Shown one piece after another: positions 38,740 through 51,400 of a DNA stretch of 64,000 nt; the stretch's first letter is position 1, and every line of letters starts with the position of its first letter. A model generated the notes under the pieces. That model ran no database searches. It saw only the letters and a list, made by a program, of their open reading frames with translations, and was not told the DNA's origin. The stretch is from Gordius albopunctatus (lineage: Eukaryota): positions 15,810,001-15,874,000 of the forward strand of contig OZ193909.1 in assembly GCA_964276515.1 (NCBI GenBank), read 5' to 3'. Position numbers and translations under genes: made by a program.

Positions 38740-39201
38740 TCATCGATCGATCGTCGAAGTTCCACGTGTTCTGTCCACGTGATTCTTTGAGGTAAAGTCC
38801 TCGGACCAATTATCGATTTGTAAGCTGTTTGTCCACGTGACTTTCACCGCTTCCATCGATATTACGAGTAGAAAGTACTCGGTTCGTGCACTATTCACGA
38901 ACCAATAACGGGACCGCCATATTTGTTTACGATTTATATCACGGCCATCATAGATGCGAGCCACTCTTTGTCCACCATTTTCAGTATGGCCGGTTAACAA
39001 CGCAACACGATTCATCCGCGCGCTATGATTGGCAGAAATTTCCCGGGAGGCATGATTGGCTGAGGTTGTTTCCGCACACACGCAAAGAAGTCGTGTTGTT
39101 GTTTACGGAAAATACCGATGGTGGAATAAGTGTGTGCACGCTTGTGGTTTATATATAGATCTCCCGTTTTAATTGTCATTTAAATTAAAAATAGGTACGT
39201 C
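38740..39201 (+). promoter_or_regulatory. CpG-rich promoter-like island without an assigned gene
   Basis: TCCACGTG x3, CCAAT/ATTGG x4, TATCGAT, CCGCCAT, TGTTTAC x2, TATATATAG near 39150, followed by AG|GTACGT near 39196. Confidence 0.45.
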
Positions 39202-40392
39202 GATTGTGATTTAACAAATAACAGAATGAGGCTTATGAGGTAGGAAATTTTTTTATTTCATAAGTTGATATAACTTTTTTTATCCTTGATTATGAATACC
39301 TATTTAGCCAAATATTCTATTATAGAGAGAGACAGATCCTTAAAATTGCATAACATATGTAGTTGTAGATACTAGGTATACTGAAATACAATTTGTAATT
39401 ATTAAGTATTTTTTTTGTTGATGGTTTCGTTTAGAACCCCTCCCCTCCCTCCCAATGATAATAAAAAAAGGAAATATTTAGGAAAAGTAAATTATAACAT
39501 TTTTACCCTCATAATTAATGTTCTTCATAGATATATTTTCGGGAATTAGTGTTGTGCAGGTAGAAATAAAATTAGCCACCTTAATCAATCTGATATTTAA
39601 TTTTAAATGAAAATCTACGAATTCAAAACTTACAAAGGGCCTGTTTAGGTCAGTCGCCGCCCATTATAAAAATTTACAAGCCCAGGGCCAGGCCTTGATA
39701 GCAAATTTTAATTTTGTATTAAAATTTTTTAGCAAAATGGTTAATAAGCATGTTAATAATTATTTAAAAATAATAAATTATTATCGATAATTTCAGGGCA
39801 TACGAGTTCTTCTAAGCTTTGTGGAGCGAGCTAGGAAACTAACTTCTTTCACAAGTGGCACTGTTAATCGGGCTGCCTGCATAAATCACATATGCCAAAT
39901 AAACTTTTAAAGAAATTAGAAGAAAGCATAACTTTTAAAAATTGTTTTTTAATTTTTAATATATATATAAAATCTTAAATAAACTTGTAATAAGGCTAAC
40001 CTGAATATTGAATTAGCTATAATATTGCTAGACGTTATAAATGGGGAGGAGATGAAGGGCAGCTGCCCCCACAATTCCAAAATTTTTTGAGCTAAAAAAC
40101 ATTTATTGCCCTCCCTCCTGAATCCTTACTGCTCCTCTCTAGAATAAATCCTGGCTAGGCCTGTGGGATTAGGTGTGTATCTTCTTCTTTCTATGACAAT
40201 TTAATACCTAAGATGCTGGTTTGTCCTTTCAATATTAATTTCCATTTGTCTCCATATTTACACAATTCTTCATTTATTTTGTGCATTTTCATATCTTGCA
40301 TTATTTTATAAGTCCATGTAAGCTTAGGACTTCCTCTTTTTCGTTTTCCTGCGAAATTTATCTTCCATTTTTTCCGACGTAGCATTCCCTTC

Positions 40393-40507
40393 TAGAGAAC
40401 TGCAAATTCATTTTTTCAACCCGAACCCGACCCAAAAGCATTTTAATTTTCAACCCGAACCCGAGCCGATGTCGGGTCGGGTTTCGGGTCACCCGTGCAG
40501 TTCTATA
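40393..40507. mobile_element. 115-bp hAT-type MITE with ACCCG repeats, inserted in the RTE
   Basis: TIR TAGAGAACTGCA / TGCAGTTCTATA. Perfect TSD TTCCCTTC (40385-40392, 40508-40515). Confidence 0.88.
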
Positions 40508-40921
40508 TTCCCTTCTCACGATATTGTCTGTTCCCATTCGCCTTAAGTGAGAGATGCACATCTGAGTTTTTTCTAATTTAAAAATTGTCTTCATGTATTC
40601 TTTCTATTTCCCCGTAGACTATTTTTTATTGCATTTACCCATATATTTACAGTATTAGCCAATTCTTGTTCACCCAAGACTCAGAGTATATCGTTTGCAA
40701 AGATCATTGCCCAAGGACCTTGTTCGCCTAAATTTTTTGTAATAATCCATTATAATTATGAATAGGAAGGGACTATGATCTGAACCTTGATGGACTCTAA
40801 TATTGATGGCAAAGCCCTTTGTAGTCACTCACTACTGTTGTTCTAATTTACGCTCCCTTGTACATATCTTTTATGGCTCTGACATATAATTCTGGCGCAT
40901 TGTTCTCTATAAGAAATCTCC

Positions 40922-41380
40922 CCTTGGCAAAATGGTCTACCCCTTAAATGGGATTTCACCTGCATAGACATTTTCGCCCCCTCTAACCAAAACTACAACG
41001 CTCTGACCCTCGCCGAACACCGCAAAACGGTAAAATACCAGGCCCTCCTACCATCTAATATCTTTACCCCTATCGTTGCCTCGTGTTCTGGGACTTTTGG
41101 TCTGGCCGCCATTAAGCTTTTTAAAGAAATTAGCGGTCGCTGCCCGCCTTCTAAATATTCCACAAATTTTTTACTTAAACAAAAAATTGGTATTTTAATA
41201 GCAAAGTACAATTTTAAATCCCTGGCCGACAGTTGGCCGCTTTTACAGGATGACACATTCGACATTTTTGAATCATAATATTTTTATTTTGTTTTACACC
41301 CGCTTTTATATTTCTCAAATGTTGACACTTTGTTTTTATAATGTTCTTACGTTCAAATAAACAAGATATAAATAAAAAAA
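40922..41380 (+). mobile_element. 5'-truncated CRE-like non-LTR retrotransposon (restriction-like endonuclease domain plus A-rich tail) nested in the RTE
   Basis: Open frame 40922-41278 with no start codon: PWQNGLPLKWDFTCID...AEHRKTVKY...FTPIVASCSGTFG..A..LFKEI...FLLKQKIGI, matching the RLE pattern. AATAAAAAAA at 41371-41380. The RTE frame resumes on both sides. Confidence 0.75.
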
Positions 41381-42429
41381 TATCCTAGGGACTTTATCAA
41401 CGTTTTTTAGATCGATGAAACACATGTACAAATCCTCCTCCTTTCCTCTAACCCGTTCCCTTAATTTTCTAACACTTTTCATGACATCTGCCGTACACCT
41501 CTTGGGAATAATTCTGAATTGGTTGCCTCGACTATTAACTAAACTCTGAAGCCGTTTTTCGATTTTTTTGCCATACCTTGAAACTGTGACTCATAAGCTT
41601 TTTTCCCTCTGTAGTTGTTACAATCCTGAATATCCCCTTTAATCTTGTATAACGGTATCATATAGGTATTCCTCAAAACGTTAGGCATTTCCCCGTTTTC
41701 AAGATATTGTTGAAAAGTTTGGCGAGGATTTGGATACCAGTATTTTCTAACGCTTTAACCGATCCGAGAGCTTTTCCTGACTTTAGTTTGCCTATAGCAA
41801 CTTTGACATCCGTTTACGTTATCCAATCCGCAGGGTTTGATTCTCCTATTTTACTTTCTTGCTTCGGATCTTTGACAAAGGACCCCTTTTCAATTGATAA
41901 ATCACTATAATAGTCTTCTTTGTAATATATGACTGTTGTGTGTTAGTATTTCTACAATGTGTCACTGGATTAACCGGTATTCTACTTAATCTTTAAAATC
42001 GGCCCGCAACTTTGCGATTTTTGTAAGTCCATCTTTCTCCTTTTTTAAGTTTAGTTTTTCATTTATATCATCGTACACCTTATTTTTAGCTTTTGCTACC
42101 GATTTTTTAGCTATTTGGTGAACTTTCATATCATTGCTATCCTTGTTTTATACCAAACTTTGTACAATCTCTTCTTTAATATATTTTTGTTCTTTATTCC
42201 ACCAACAAAACTCCCTGAGGATTCTCATAGAGGGCTCGCGTTCACCTAATATTGATCGTCCAGTGTTCCTCGTTGTCCAGGCCAAACCATTTCACTGATC
42301 TTAACACGATGTATTTTCCTTAAATTCAGCATGTCTCAATACTTCTTCCCGATATTGTTGAGGGAAGAAGTAAGTGGTATGGCCATGTCGATAGAATTGC
42401 AGATAGCTACGTCAAAAAAACATTGAGAA

Positions 42430-42607
42430 TATAAAATTGGCAGGAAAACAAAAAATTGAAAGAACCAAGCTTACGTGGACTCATAAAATAATGCAGGTTA
42501 TTAAAAGGTACAAAATAAATAGATAACTATGTAAATATGAGATAAATGGAAATTGTTGAAAGGACTGACCACCAGCATAGGTGATCAACAGTTATAGAAA
42601 GAAGAAG
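42430..42607 (+). mobile_element. Second RTE 3' end, opposite orientation
   Basis: Similar to the reverse complement of 40178-40360 (AAGCTTAC.TGGACT.ATAAAATAATGCA...AAATGGAAATT...ATAGAAAGAAGAAG). Confidence 0.75.
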
Positions 42608-45600
42608 TCTCTAATTCAAAGATTCCCCCAGATGGCATATAAATATAAGAGTTATGTTAAATTGGCTAGGTATAGATAGATAGATAGGTCCGCCCCGACT
42701 AACAGTCGTTTTATCTTAACGTTTACTCAGGTTAAGACGAGTGAGAGTCTACATCTTTAGAGATATTTATGAGGGCCTATTGGACTAGATGTCACAATAG
42801 TACAGGTGAGGTGCCACAAGTTAGTAGGCAGCACCGGTTTATATAAAAAACATAAGTCAAAAAAATAATTTACATACCATCTACGGCAATTACTGGAGAT
42901 AGGGGATAGTTTACCTCATTCGGTTGCATACTGGTACCTGCTGGAATCATTGTCAGACTGTGGGAAGAGGGCTTGGTGGTTTACGAATGGTAATTAATTT
43001 TTTTTGACGTGTTGACAGAGACTTGTAAGCTAGGTGATTGGTGACAAACATTTTCCAAACGTTCCTGTCTAAAAGGTCGCATCTAGTTGGTCGGGTTAAA
43101 GTACTATGCTGTTTAATTCTTTCGTGATCATTTGTTAGTGTGTTAGTATGTAAAGATGTAATTAATTATTGATTCTCCCTTGAGACTGTGGCAGGACTCA
43201 AAGGCTCTCTATGGTTCACTACTTAGGGCGTCAGGCTAATGGGTAGATGATGTGGGAGTGGAATCTTTTCTTTTCATCCCGCCAGAGAATTGAGCCACAA
43301 CTTTGTGGATTTCAGCTTGCTTAGGACGTATTTTTACAATTGTTGCCGAGGTGCTTCACATTTGAACTTATTTATTTACGTACCAATGTCCGCCTCCCTC
43401 CTCCTAATTTCATTCTTAAGTCCGAATTAATCCACTGATGACCAAAAATTTATCTTTATTCAGTGAATCGTAACTCTAAAAAATTTAAGATAAACACGAT
43501 ATGATGAATATTCACATTATTTTAGGAGAACATAATTTAAGAATTAATAATAATGAAACAATCTTTTTTTCTGAATATCTTCTGAGGTCCTTTTCCCTCT
43601 AAGTACAGTTGTTTGCCATCACTCACGAGGGCTTCTCTGCCTATATATTTCTTCATAATCTTTGCCCTCTCCCGGAAATCCTCATTTACATATACAACAA
43701 GTTATTATTATTTAATTCGCGGGCCTTTTCATAATACTAAACTGATGGAGGAGATGGAATATACTTTTATAATTGTACGATTTAATTACGTTGACTTTAT
43801 CCTTTTTTATGGGGTGGCTTTTAGAACTAATAAATGTTTTAGGCCATTAAGCTGTAATTAAAGGGAGAGAGTTCAAAGAGAGATACACATACAGCGGTAA
43901 TAGCGGTTAAATATCCTAAATTATCGCAGATTTTGATTAATCCCTTAACTGGATTCTTGAACCATGCCTGCCACCCAGGAAGATCTTCTCGCTATAAATA
44001 CTCTTTGCTATCTGTAAATTAGTCATTTCAGTTGTCGTAGTATTTATTGAAAATTATCCAGTCGCTGTATTTGTCGTAAATTACTCATTTGGTGAAATAT
44101 TCTAAGCTACCCACCAACTCGCTATACAAATAATTAATTATAAATTACCAATCCCTATGTAAAAATTAGTTGTTGTAAATTATTTTCTTGTACTAATAAA
44201 GTATATAGTTTGATTGATAGTAAATTGAGTCTAAAATCTTTTAAAGCATTTCTCCCACCCTTATCCACATACATTATAAACCTTATATCAAAAGATTTGC
44301 AATAAGCTGCCATAGTATTTTTTTGTAATATCCAACTTGCAATAATTACAAATGACTTATTTTGAAATATTGAGAGTATTTTTATTTTCAAAAATTAGAT
44401 AATAATTAAATTTAAATATGCAAGGTTACATGGTTTGTTTGTAAAACCATGTGCTTTTAAAACTCATTATTACGAATTCCTCGCGTCTTAAACTACTAGG
44501 TAACTTTTGATAATACATGCATTTAAATGTTATATTAACAACTAGCATTATATGTTCAAAATTTATATTGTTATTTGTTTAAATAAAATAAATAATACTC
44601 AATATGAGCTTATAAATACAAATACATAATGGTGCTATCTTGCATAATCTAGCTATGAATAAATATATTATTACAAACCAAATTAAGATTGTCTTTTATT
44701 AAGATCAAATTCACAAGTTAATATAGTTTAACAAATTACTCATTAGTAAATTTGTTAATAAATAGTTAGAATTGATTGTAACAGGAATTTTGTCCAAATA
44801 AATACATAATTATATTTGCACAAAACTCCAAATAAGTTTCTAATGTTGTTATAAATTTTTTTATATGTAAATTACAATGCATGCAATTGATGAACCTCAC
44901 ATTTTTAGGTTTGAATTTTAGATTACACACACTTTTAACATTTTTTTAAATATTGAAAGCCAAAATTTGGCATATCTGTTCATACTACGCAAGTGCCTAA
45001 CCCCACCCATTTATTTCAATAAACACAAAAAGAATACCATTAGTGTAATGTGGTATTTAAAATAATTAATACCCACGCTTATTTTTCTTATATCACTTTC
45101 CCTCCTAAACCTTTTTTTGATAAAATCCCTTCTGGCATATAGACATAAAACAAAAGATAGTAAATAATAAATCACGCCATCTTCAAAATGTTAAATTTTG
45201 TAAGGCGCGTGTGAGATAATAAATGAACTAGCAATAAAATGGCCTGGAATTATTTGGAAGAAGGCATTCAAAATTTGTAGTTCATGTAATATGATAACCA
45301 CTTTTTATGCGAAAAGGCGCGTGGTGTTTTTTCACGTCATTTGTAGCTATGTTTTTCTCGTACAGGCAACAAAACCTCGTGGTTATCAACTGAAAAGTTT
45401 GTGTGTTTTTTTGTAACATTTGCGTGGGATTAGATTAGGGGGGGGGGGGTGGGTAAAATGATAATTTTTGTGAAAGTGTTTAGCCATCGTTTTAATGAAT
45501 TTCAACAACTTATATGATTTAAAGGGGGGGGGACAGCCGCCCTCCCTTCCCCACCTTGGCTACCCCCATGAACATTTGTATCTTGAGCTCCTTTGATTCG

Positions 45601-47336
45601 TGGGATATATAGCCTAAAATTAACACAGAATCCCATTCATAATGCCAATCATCCACAACGCCAATGACTCTATTATTTTTAAGTTAATTTTATTATAATG
45701 ATTATCTTAAATCTATGTGTACTTATAATATTATTTAATAACAGTAGAATAAGGACTATGTTTTAAATTAATTTTGCATTGGTAACTTTTGATTGGTTTA
45801 GTCATTGGCGTTCTAAAGCATTGGCATTATGGACGATTGTCTTTTTGAACAGAAGCGTTAACACACCCCTCTCAATTTCTTTTATTCTCATCATCATACA
45901 CATCCGTGGGCGTAGCGTATAGTCGACCTCTAGATTTGGTCAAAATGTGAAAAAATACTTGTAACAAAGGTTGACCAAACGAAACCCAGGTCCTTTTAAG
46001 ACACTAGTCTAGTTAAATCAGTAGAATACTTGAACCCTATAAATTTTGAAAGAAATATGGTGAAGCTTAAAATATAAACATTTTGGCCCTCTCTAAATCG
46101 CCACCCCCCCTCAAAGTTTGGCTAGGACCTTCCTTATAAATTTAACTAAATTTAGCTGTAATATTTTTAAACCCATTGTTTTTCTTGCTCCCAATTGTTT
46201 CGCTGCTGGTTTGAGATTGTCAAGTTGGCTTCGAAATCATCTTTAAATTCATGGAACGCTTTTTTGAACGTTTATTCATAAGTGGAAGGATGTCAAATAA
46301 ATGTCATAAATTCCAATATGACTTTCAACAACTTTTTTTGCTATGTATGTCGCGATGTACAGTTTTTGACATCTCAAGCATTTATACGACCTTTTTTTTT
46401 AAAGAAAAGATAGATGCTGGTTCAAATTTTCATAACAGCAATAATCTAACAACCGAACGAACAACGATAACTTTAACCGCAATAAATTTAAGAGTTGCAC
46501 CATAAATCACACCAAATGACAATCCATTTTTCGAGACTTATTATACGACTACGCTAAAGATTAAGTAGAAGAGGCAAAAAATGTCGTTGAAAAGGTTGCA
46601 ATGGATAATTTATTGACAGTTTTTTTTGTACATATTGACCCTTTTTCGGTAGTATTAATTAGCTTAGCATACACAGAAATGGCAAAAGAAACTCGAGAAT
46701 TTAGACTATATATATATATTTAAGCGCTTAGATATTGCATTTTTATTACGTTTTAATGCAAAAATGATTCTCAAATAATTTTAATGCCCATCCCCAATGC
46801 TGTTTTCCCTAAACGGTGATCTTCACCTCACAGCCCCCCCCCCCCTATAAGGCAATCAAATTCTTTGCTTTCTAACGCTTGTTCAAATTCATATTATATG
46901 GTAAGAAGACCACACCCTACGTGATCGCGTCGGTCGATCCCTTAAAAATCAAAAAGGCCAAATTGAATTAGACGTTTGGAAAGTTTAATTTTGCCAAATA
47001 ATTTCATATAAATTCACCCATTCCTGACCTTCTCTACACTTTTATGAATTGCGAGAGAGGGGCTTTATCAAAAGCATTAACTATTATTTGTTGTCTTAAT
47101 TATAGGTTTTTTGTTGTTGTTGATTTTTTAAACAAAAAATAGTGACACTCGCTTCTTCACATTTGCACGAAGTAAGTAGCTTTCCCCTACAAATTCTCAA
47201 CCAAATTAGTAAGGCTTTAATATTTAATTAAATCGCCGTTGATCTAATTTGATACTGCGCCCATTTAACGGGCAAACAAAGCTCAATTTATAGCACAATA
47301 CTATTATAATCCTCATGCGCATTTAAATCCTATCGG

Positions 47337-47520
47337 CTATAGCTCTAGCGCCTCAAACCTCCCATCTCCCATAGCTTATAGCACCTCAAATCTCCCATAG
47401 CTCTAGCACATTTAAGTGCTAGAGCTTTAGCGCCTCAAACCTCCCATAGCTTATAGCGCCTCAAACCTCCCATAGCTTATAGCGCCTCAAACCTCCCATC
47501 TCCTATAGCTTATAGCACTT
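47337..47520. repeat. Minisatellite of ~26-bp units (CATAGCTTATAGCGCCTCAAACCTCC) with an embedded palindrome
   Basis: About 5 tandem units read directly. GCTCTAGCAC-attta-a-GTGCTAGAGC hairpin at ~47400-47425. Confidence 0.85.
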
Positions 47521-47699
47521 GAAGTGACTATGTGCTAGTAGACATAGCAGCGGCATATATAGCTTTAGCTCCTTAAAAACGCTATTTCCCCATCACTATG
47601 CAGACCTACTACTACAGTCATATGACATCATATTTTTATGAAATATTCAGCTCCCTACCTCCCTTACCACCCACCCATCCCTTAATTTCGTAATATAAC

Positions 47700-47862
47700 C
47701 ACGTGCGTAGCGTAGCCAGGATTGGATTTATGATTTACGGAGCGGCAAAATCTTTCATTTTCACTAATTTTAGCCACACTTATAGTATATTAAATTTTAC
47801 AAAAAATTGTAAATAATTTTGGATTTAGAGGGGGGCGGGTTGCACCCCTGGCTACGCCCATG
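47700..47862. mobile_element. hAT-type MITE (CATGGGCGTAGCC family) upstream of glutamate synthase
   Basis: GCGTAGCCAGG / CCTGGCTACGCCCATG ends. Perfect TSD AATATAAC. Confidence 0.85.
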
Positions 47863-48496
47863 AATATAACATTAATACGTCTACTTGTCTGTCCCATCCC
47901 CATGTCGGTTGAGGATCTAATGGGGAAAAGAGAGCATCCCCCCCCATTAATATTTGGCTAGGAGGGTAGCGTTATAATTTACTACACGACCTACAGTTAC
48001 TCCTCGGGCCGCGCATCATTACAATTTACAACCTATATCTCTCTCTACTACCTCTACTTTACTTACCAAAATTTATAGTAGTTTGCCCTCTAGACTTTAT
48101 CATATTTTGCCATATTTTCTCTTACTTTTTTTGGAAAAAACATCAATATTTCATTTGTTCTACCTCACAGAAAAAAGATTTTCCGTGCGGATTCTACTTT
48201 TTCAATTCTCAGTGTCGAATTAAAACGGTCTCATCCTCACGCTACGAGCTCGCTGGTTTATTATCGGAAAATATTCACCTTTTCCCATATCACACATTTT
48301 GTCAATACTTCTCCGATATACGACATTCTCTTCAAATCACAATCGATTTAGAATTTTGAAGCGATATCGCCGCCTTTAATTTGTATCACCGACTTGGACC
48401 CCTTTATAAATCTCCACTTAGTTTCCTGGTTAAAAGGGGAACAGCTATTGTTTTTAGCCTTTAATTTCGCGAAATCCCTCATTTTTTCTGGGGGCT

Positions 48497-51400
48497 ATGG
48501 CTCGATTTGGTGACAGTAATAACAGGAAGCAAGGACTTTACGATCCCGCGCTAGATAAGGATTCGTGCGGGGCCGGATGCATAGTTAGCATCAACGGAAT
48601 TCCATCGCATCAAGTAAAAACTCTTTTTGTTGAATGATTTTTATTTTTGAAGAGTTGAAATTGAAATTTTAGCATCGTTTGCATGATAACAAGTGATGTT
48701 TAAGGATTAGATTTTAGATAAAAAAGCTATATTTTTAAATATTTTTATGCCACTTGTTTTACATTATCCAATTAAGGGTAATATCTTCTTTTTTATTATT
48801 CTGCCCGCCAAATCTCATTTTTATTTTAATAAAAAAATCCATTTTCCGGTGCGGATTTTACCTTTAAGCGGCACATTTTTTAAGCAACCTAATTGGCCGA
48901 ATCGAAACCTTAAATCATCATTATAAAATGGCCCCTTTATAATATGCAAATCGCTTTAACATCTTCGGTATAGTGTAGTATTCCCGACGTTGAATCCGAC
49001 ATATTATTTATAATGTTGTGTATATTATATAAAAAACAAATGATTATTTCGGGGGCTTCTATACTTAGTTGCAGCAAAATGTTTAATTATTGATTAAGTA
49101 ATAATAAATTTACAAGGCTCCTCAATATAAACAGTCTTTCCGCCGTTCCTGCTTAGCTTGTTTGTCCCCTTTTCCAACCCTCATTTTTAAACACATTTTG
49201 TAATCCATTCACAACTTATACCCGCATTTTTGGCATTGCAACGCGTGTCGTCATTATACTACGATGACGCAATATCCTCCTGCCTATCGATTACCTTACC
49301 CCCCCCCCCCCCAACTTTTTCTGCTCAATTTCAATTATTTCCCGTGCTGCCTCTAGGCCTCGAAATAATAGGGCCTTGAATCGAGAAGAACTTGCACTTT
49401 CATCACTTTTCACGCGAGCATGTATTGCCAACATAATTGTTAGCACCTGACCTGCACCCACACCAACACACGGTCTTCTTAGCCAATGGGTGGCCGCCCC
49501 TCTCTAAATCCATAAATTTATTAAAATTATGTCTAAAATTTCCAAAAAATGTTCATTTTGCCGCTCCCTAAATCATTATTGCCCCCCCCCCCTTTAATTC
49601 CAATCCTGGCTATGCCCATCATGGTGGATGCAACTATTTGCTGGCAGTCCTTTATAATTTCAGTTAAAAGTTAGCTGTCGCCCGTTGAAGAGCTTGGCCT
49701 TGCAAAGCCATTGTATTGATTATCATTAGGTAATATCTATAAATTGGGGCCTGGTGGTGTAGTGGATAAAGGTTTAGTCTTTGAAGCAAGAGCCCGCAGG
49801 TTCAATCCCGCCTCTGGCACTTATTTTTCAAAAAAGATTAAAAATCACATCGTCACCAAGGCTGTCAGGCCTGGATAGCCGAGCCTCACCCCTTATCCAA
49901 ACATTTAAAGAAGCTGACCACCTTAGTGTGACAACAGACAACTATTGGAGTTAAGATCTATAAATTAGCCCTGAGCACCTACCGAGGGGTGGGGATACAT
50001 GGAGTTAAGGCTCAAATTTTGAAAAATACTTATTTGAGCCCCGCCGAAACCATTTTTAATCTTTTTGCCATCCCCCCACCTTTTTTTAATGTCTACCCCT
50101 ACGACGACTACCATAAATGTGGCTTTAAATTTATGGGCCGCGCTTTACGTCGCAAAATTTATTATTAATTTTTTATAACGGGAGGGGGGGGGGGGTTGGG
50201 TTGGGTTAGAGGATTGACTTAAAATATTTTTGGGCCAGGCTGGTAATTTGCATTGACTTTTGGTGAAAAACAGGACAAGGCTATAAACTCATAATTTTTG
50301 TAGCCCACTAATTTAAGATCAAGCGCACCTTTTGTTGAAAATTGATCAACTTTTAGCGTTGGCGTGCCAAACAAATATATGATTGAGCTGCGTTTTTATC
50401 TCTCGCCCTCCTTCCCCCTTAAGGCTTTGTAATAAATACATCGAGTCTTTTGCAAAATATTTCCACTTTTTGTTTTACTTTGATTACTATCTCTCTCATG
50501 ATTAGCAAAGCCCTCACCCTTTAAAATAAACAATTTAAATTATCGCTAATCAATAATTAATTCCATTGACAATTTGAACCTTGATGCTTCTTTAACACAT
50601 TTGTGATTTGGATTTTTTTGTCGAATGCCGTACATTTCCTAGTGTGAAAAAACGAACGCCTATACCTCTCTAAATAGCACAAAGAGGGTTGTGCTTGTGG
50701 CTTTTATAAGACCGTATCTAGAGCCCTGCAAAATGGAATTTATTCGGCCCAAACCCTAACATTGTTTACTCAGGTTTGACCCAAGCACGAGCCCGACCCG
50801 AATTTTTTGAAATGTAAAATTATTCAGAAAACCCACTCGCATCTTTTATTTAACATAAAAATATTTTGTCTTCTCTAAATAGCTACTCGAAGAAATTATT
50901 AAAAGTTTAAAAAATCTTTTAGCTAGATTTTGCCTCGGGCCTCAGCTTAGGTTGATCCATCAGGCCCGATCCGAGACGAGGCTCTAACGGTCGGTATCAT
51001 ATTCTCAAAACTGCTTTGAGTTCTATATTAAAATTTAAGGCTTATATCTTTTAATCATTAAAAAATCCTTCTCCACTGCTCCTTGATGGCACTACCCAAA
51101 ATATTTAAAGTGAAAAGAATGATTTTGTTGAAGCTAAAGAGAACTAACCTCATTTTATGCCCCCCCCCCCTATTTGTTAGATTCTGAAAGATGCTAGACT
51201 GGTGCTGGAAAAGATGGAACACAGGGGCGCTTGCGGGTGCGATAGCGATACAGGAGACGGTGCCGGAGTTATGACCGCCATACCCCACACCTTTTACCAC
51301 GACGTCCTCAAGTAAGATTCACTCGAAAACCGACTGCATGCTTTTAAAACTGCTATTATGGACACGATAAAATTTCCTGCATTAAAAATATTTAGGACAT

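Larger units (their letters stand above)
40178..42350 (-). mobile_element. Decayed RTE-clade LINE (reverse transcriptase region and 3' end)
   Basis: Minus-strand remnants IPLYKIKGDIQDCNNYRG..LMSH, MCFIDL...DKVPR, VHQGS..SPFLF, PWAMIFAND and GKRKRGSPKLTW...DM. GAAGAAG tail near 40180. Confidence 0.85.

Noticed and set aside
38886..39158. Short ORFs within the CpG-rich island
   Set aside because: They use non-ATG starts, show no motifs, and are expected by chance at this GC content.
42850..43900. Additional decayed LINE on the minus strand
   Set aside because: Only weak hints (ALVSDGKQLYLEGK, DRNVWKMFV); too little to call.
47337..47520. CRISPR-like array
   Set aside because: Units are contiguous with no unique spacers, there are no cas genes, and the context is eukaryotic.
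49746..49820. Functional tRNA gene
   Set aside because: A and B boxes are present, but the cloverleaf stems pair poorly. It continues into a tail and is flanked by an 11-bp TSD, so it is a SINE.
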